A DNA stretch of 64,000 nt from Mytilus californianus (Eukaryota). Positions within the stretch are counted from its first letter, which is position 1, and every line of letters starts with the position of its first letter. The DNA lies in assembly GCF_021869535.1 (NCBI RefSeq), contig NW_026262690.1:11842001-11906000 (forward strand), given 5' to 3'. The notes below the pieces were generated by a model. It was not told where the DNA came from, did no database searches, and saw nothing but the letters and a program-made list of their open reading frames with translations. This document shows, in pieces, positions 60,251-64,000 of the stretch. A program made the position numbers and the translations under genes.

Positions 60251-60859
60251 TGTGTATGTCATCACCAAAATATCAAGCAGTTTAATATCTATACTGTTGG
60301 CAATACAGGAATTACAAGGCTTTTCGTTCTCTTAATAATTAAAAAACTAAATGGAAAGGGATTTTGTTTCAAATTGAAAAAGTATTATTTCAGTGTATGA
60401 AGATACTAAAAAACCTTTAAATCAGAATTTAGAGGTCTCAATGGACACAACTTAGTGTTTTATGTCTAGCAAAGAAAAAATCTAATCAAGAAATCAATTC
60501 CAAGGAGGCATAAGTATAGATTTTACTCTACTTCTATACCTCTATTGACATACAAATTTTCGTTTCTTGACATGCACAAAGTTGATTATTCTATTTAGGC
60601 TTCGCTCTAGATCTGATTTATAAATTGTTATGCTTTCTAAGATTGACCGATCCCGGTGAATCTAATATTCTAACATTTACCGATCCTGGTGAATCTGAAA
60701 TGCAGAAACATCTATAAAATAAGAAAGAAGGTGTATTTTCAAATGCATGGCATGCAATCCCTTTTCGTACTTAAAAAAATCAAAACTAAGTAGCATTGTT
60801 TTAATAGATTTAACTAAGCTAACCATAGATCACTACAGCCTTGTACATTATATTCCAAA

Positions 60860-61032
60860 TAAACAAAGACTGAACAAAGTTTCTGAACTAGGACTCCCAA
60901 CAGTAGCATGTGGATACAAATAGACAAAGACTGAACAAGGTTTCTGAACTGGGATTCCAGCAGTAACATGTGGCTACCAATAGACAAAGACCAAACAAGG
61001 TTTCTGAACTTGGACTCCAGCAGTAACATGAA
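60860..61032 (+). repeat. 60-bp tandem repeat, 3 copies
   Basis: GACAAAGACTGAACAAGGTTTCTGAACT..CCAGCAGTAACATGTGG units. Confidence 0.85.
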
Positions 61033-62715
61033 GCTACGTTTTCATCATTTCTCCGTGCAGTTATAGCTATAGTATGGTGTGTATCGGGAAAAAGGACAAG
61101 CATTTAGTTTATTACTGGATATCAGCCTTAACATACTATTGAAAATTATCAGTTTCGCCCAAAGAAATGGTACATTCTTCAAAATATATTTTATAGTTTA
61201 CAATAAAAAATGTTTTACATTCACAAACTTAAAGTTGTCGGTTCGTAACTTTTATGCAATTGGACCTGTTATACATTAAAAATCATTCAAAGAAAAATAA
61301 ATAACTTGTAAAAAATGCAAAGACAAGTATTTTGTTTTTGTTAATCATCGCATGTTTACCCTGCAATACTTCAAAACTAATGTATCTCTATTTACCTTTG
61401 TGAAAAATCTCAGTCTACCACGTCTACAACAAAAACAGGATGTGATGTCCGAAATATTTTCAAATATCGTAAATATATTCGGTTACCAATGATATACGAG
61501 AATTCAAAATTGGGATTTCTTCATGTACTAAAATTTCAAAAGGATATTATACTTACTTCAAAAAGCCATGATTATCACAGACGAAAACCCTGTTGTCACT
61601 TTCAAAGTTTTCCATACAAAAATGTTGTCAAAGAAAATTTTAAACAAGAAAACCTGGTCAAAGTCATTTGCTGTCGCTATCAAAGTTTTTTTTTTATCGA
61701 AAACATGATCAAGGAAAGGCGGGAGTTTACAAAGAGAAAATGGCTAAAAAAAACTTCTCATAGAAAGACTGCGTTTCACTTTCACTGTGCATTCTGTGTA
61801 TTACCATTTTGAGAAGTCAGAGAAATACCTTTAATATTCCCCTTTAAGAACTTCACAGTGGTGACCCTGTCGAATTTATGGATTATCTTAAAATGGTCAA
61901 CACGACATTCAATCTGTTTCTTTGTACATTTTTACCACTGACTAAAATAAATTCATGTTTCATTTCATTTCTCTGCAGTAATTTTGTGCACTCTGGAACT
62001 CATCTAATTTTCTCGCCAATTATCATCATTTCAAAACTACACTTTGATGAGCTAATTCTGTCAAAGTCTATCCAAGTTTCAAGAAAAAACGGGATAAGAT
62101 TATATTCCATCAAAGTACGTCAAAGTTTTTGATCAACGTTTTCCTTTACGGTTGTCAGTATCAACAATGATCCTTTGAAAGCTTTGATAAATGTTTCTGT
62201 GGTCAAAGAACACTTTGATAATGACAACGGGCCTTTACACAAACGGTTTAATAAAGTCTTTGTTTCAGTGATTGGTCATGTTTGCCCCAACCTTAGTGGA
62301 TTAATACACTTAACTCAACTGTTACCTTTTTTTATTTAGCGTAATGTAACCATTTACCTCTCTATTTTCCTGTACCACATTCTAAATGTCGTAATCCAAT
62401 CGCTAATATTGTCAACTAGTGAGAAGAGAGGTTAAATCTAGTAGACATAAGTATTGAGAGAAACTTCTGATGAAAAGCAGTGGGAGTAATATAATGACTG
62501 CCATCATCATGGTCTACAGAATGTCGGTTAATACTAGAAGTGACTAGGAACTTTATACAATGATACATTTCCTAATGAGTCTCTTCAGTTAAGACGTCCA
62601 CTTTGTACTATTAACGTGGGTACTATAACCAGATCTAAATGACTTTATAATCACATGCAAGTACTTTTATTCCTTGATACTTCTCATAGCCAGAATATGT
62701 CGTTATATATACATA

Positions 62716-63873
62716 TGTAGGACTCTAAAGTGCAATGGGGACGCTAAAGTGCGATGGTATACGCTAAAGTGCGATGCCTCCATACGCTAAAGTCCGATGG
62801 TCCGCGAAAGTATAGACGTAAGAAACGTATTTTGATTATGACGTTAACAGTCGTTTATACAAACTAAAAATGAACACGCCGGAAAATAAATTACTAATAT
62901 TTGATTAACAAATGTTAAACCAAATGTCAATGGCTTATTAATAATTAATTTAAACCTAACCGTGCTTTGACGTCTGAAGCAAATGTGGTTTTTTTTCGGT
63001 AGCTGGAAGAAGAACTTGTATATTACAGTCGACCATTTTACTATTTAGATACAAAATAGTATTTGCATAAATATCCTGTATCGTGCTTTTATTGGAAGCG
63101 AACGGATACATTTAAATCATTGTTTTTGTTGCAGTTTACTTTGCGGTCCCCGTTGAAATATTGTCGCTTTGAAAAGTAACATCGGTAAAATAAAGGTACA
63201 TGTTTGCATGCGTAAATTATAAATTGTCGGCTAAAATATTAGTTTGTACATTATAGGAAAATATAACATGTATGTGTAGTCGCTACGAAAAAGGAGAAAA
63301 CTCGGCGAACATCGCCCTTTTCTCTCATTTAAATTAAAGCTTAAACAAATAAATGTTTAATATTCCGACAATAATCGAATTTTGTATTTGTAATTTACAA
63401 TGACGACTGTAAGGGGAGGTGTTCCCATTAATGATAGACTGTATGAATGGCAAGCTACGCCAATTATCACAATATTCAATACGCCCGAATTAGTAAAAAT
63501 TGATTTACAAGAAATATAGTATTTTGTGACACCTAAATTACCTTTTTAGCAATTATTACGTGGTCGGTCTTCTAAATTTAGAAACAATCACTTCAGCCTA
63601 CCAGTAGATTATAATGCCTATCACATATGGTATACCTTAGAATACTAGATTTTGCAAAAGGACTATTTTTACATCTTATGTTCTTTAACGTTTTTAAAGC
63701 CCTCGAACCTTACCCTATTGGTCCATCGCACTTTAGCTTGAATTACCACCGTACTTTAGTAAACAAACAACCATCTCACTTTAGCGTGAGACACCATCGC
63801 ACTTTAGCGTAGACCATCGCACTTTAGCGTGACCATCGCACTTTAGAGTACCATCGCACTTTAGAGTCTTACA
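62716..63873. mobile_element. MITE with TA flanks and multiple inverted subterminal repeats
   Basis: TA|TGTAGGACTCTAAAGTGC ... GCACTTTAGAGTCTTACA|TA; CTAAAGTGCGATGG about 4 times at left and inverted about 5-6 times at right. Confidence 0.8.
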
Positions 63874-64000
63874 TATATACTACAAATATATTAGATATCC
63901 AACAGGCGAGTTGAGTATGATATATCTGCCATGTTACTAGTACACAGTGAAATATAAACACAGTTATTAAGGGTTCAGAGAGCGTTGCATCCTTCTTACA

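Noticed and set aside
61835-61850. Kolobok-like terminus TTCCCCT|TTAA
   Set aside because: No convincing matching left terminus was found.

Overview
AT-rich eukaryotic genomic DNA, most likely a bivalve mollusc (Mytilus-like; this is inferred from the style of the repeats, not from a database search). Left half (1-27.4 kb): eight phase-compatible minus-strand exons encode the N-terminal ~290 aa of a MINDY4B-like inactive deubiquitinase, and the gene continues beyond the left edge. Its introns hold about 12 Helentron-associated (HINE/pearl-like) elements, several nested or chimeric and all co-oriented. They also hold a canonical Helitron, hAT, mariner and Zator/Harbinger-type MITEs, and a 16-copy minisatellite carrying Nrf2/sMaf-type sites. 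Right half: SINEs, a symmetric divergent Pol III-type cassette, foldback palindromes, and a nearly intact CR1-group LINE. The LINE has ORF1, an inserted Harbinger MITE, and an ORF2 with a degenerate 2A motif and collinear 5'/3' UTR complementarity. It is followed by a 6.7-kb 54-bp satellite with three 1623-bp higher-order repeats, a decayed gypsy element interrupted by a Penelope-like RT, an RTE-X-like LINE remnant and further MITEs. Exon and TSD coordinates were read base by base; repeat boundaries are approximate.
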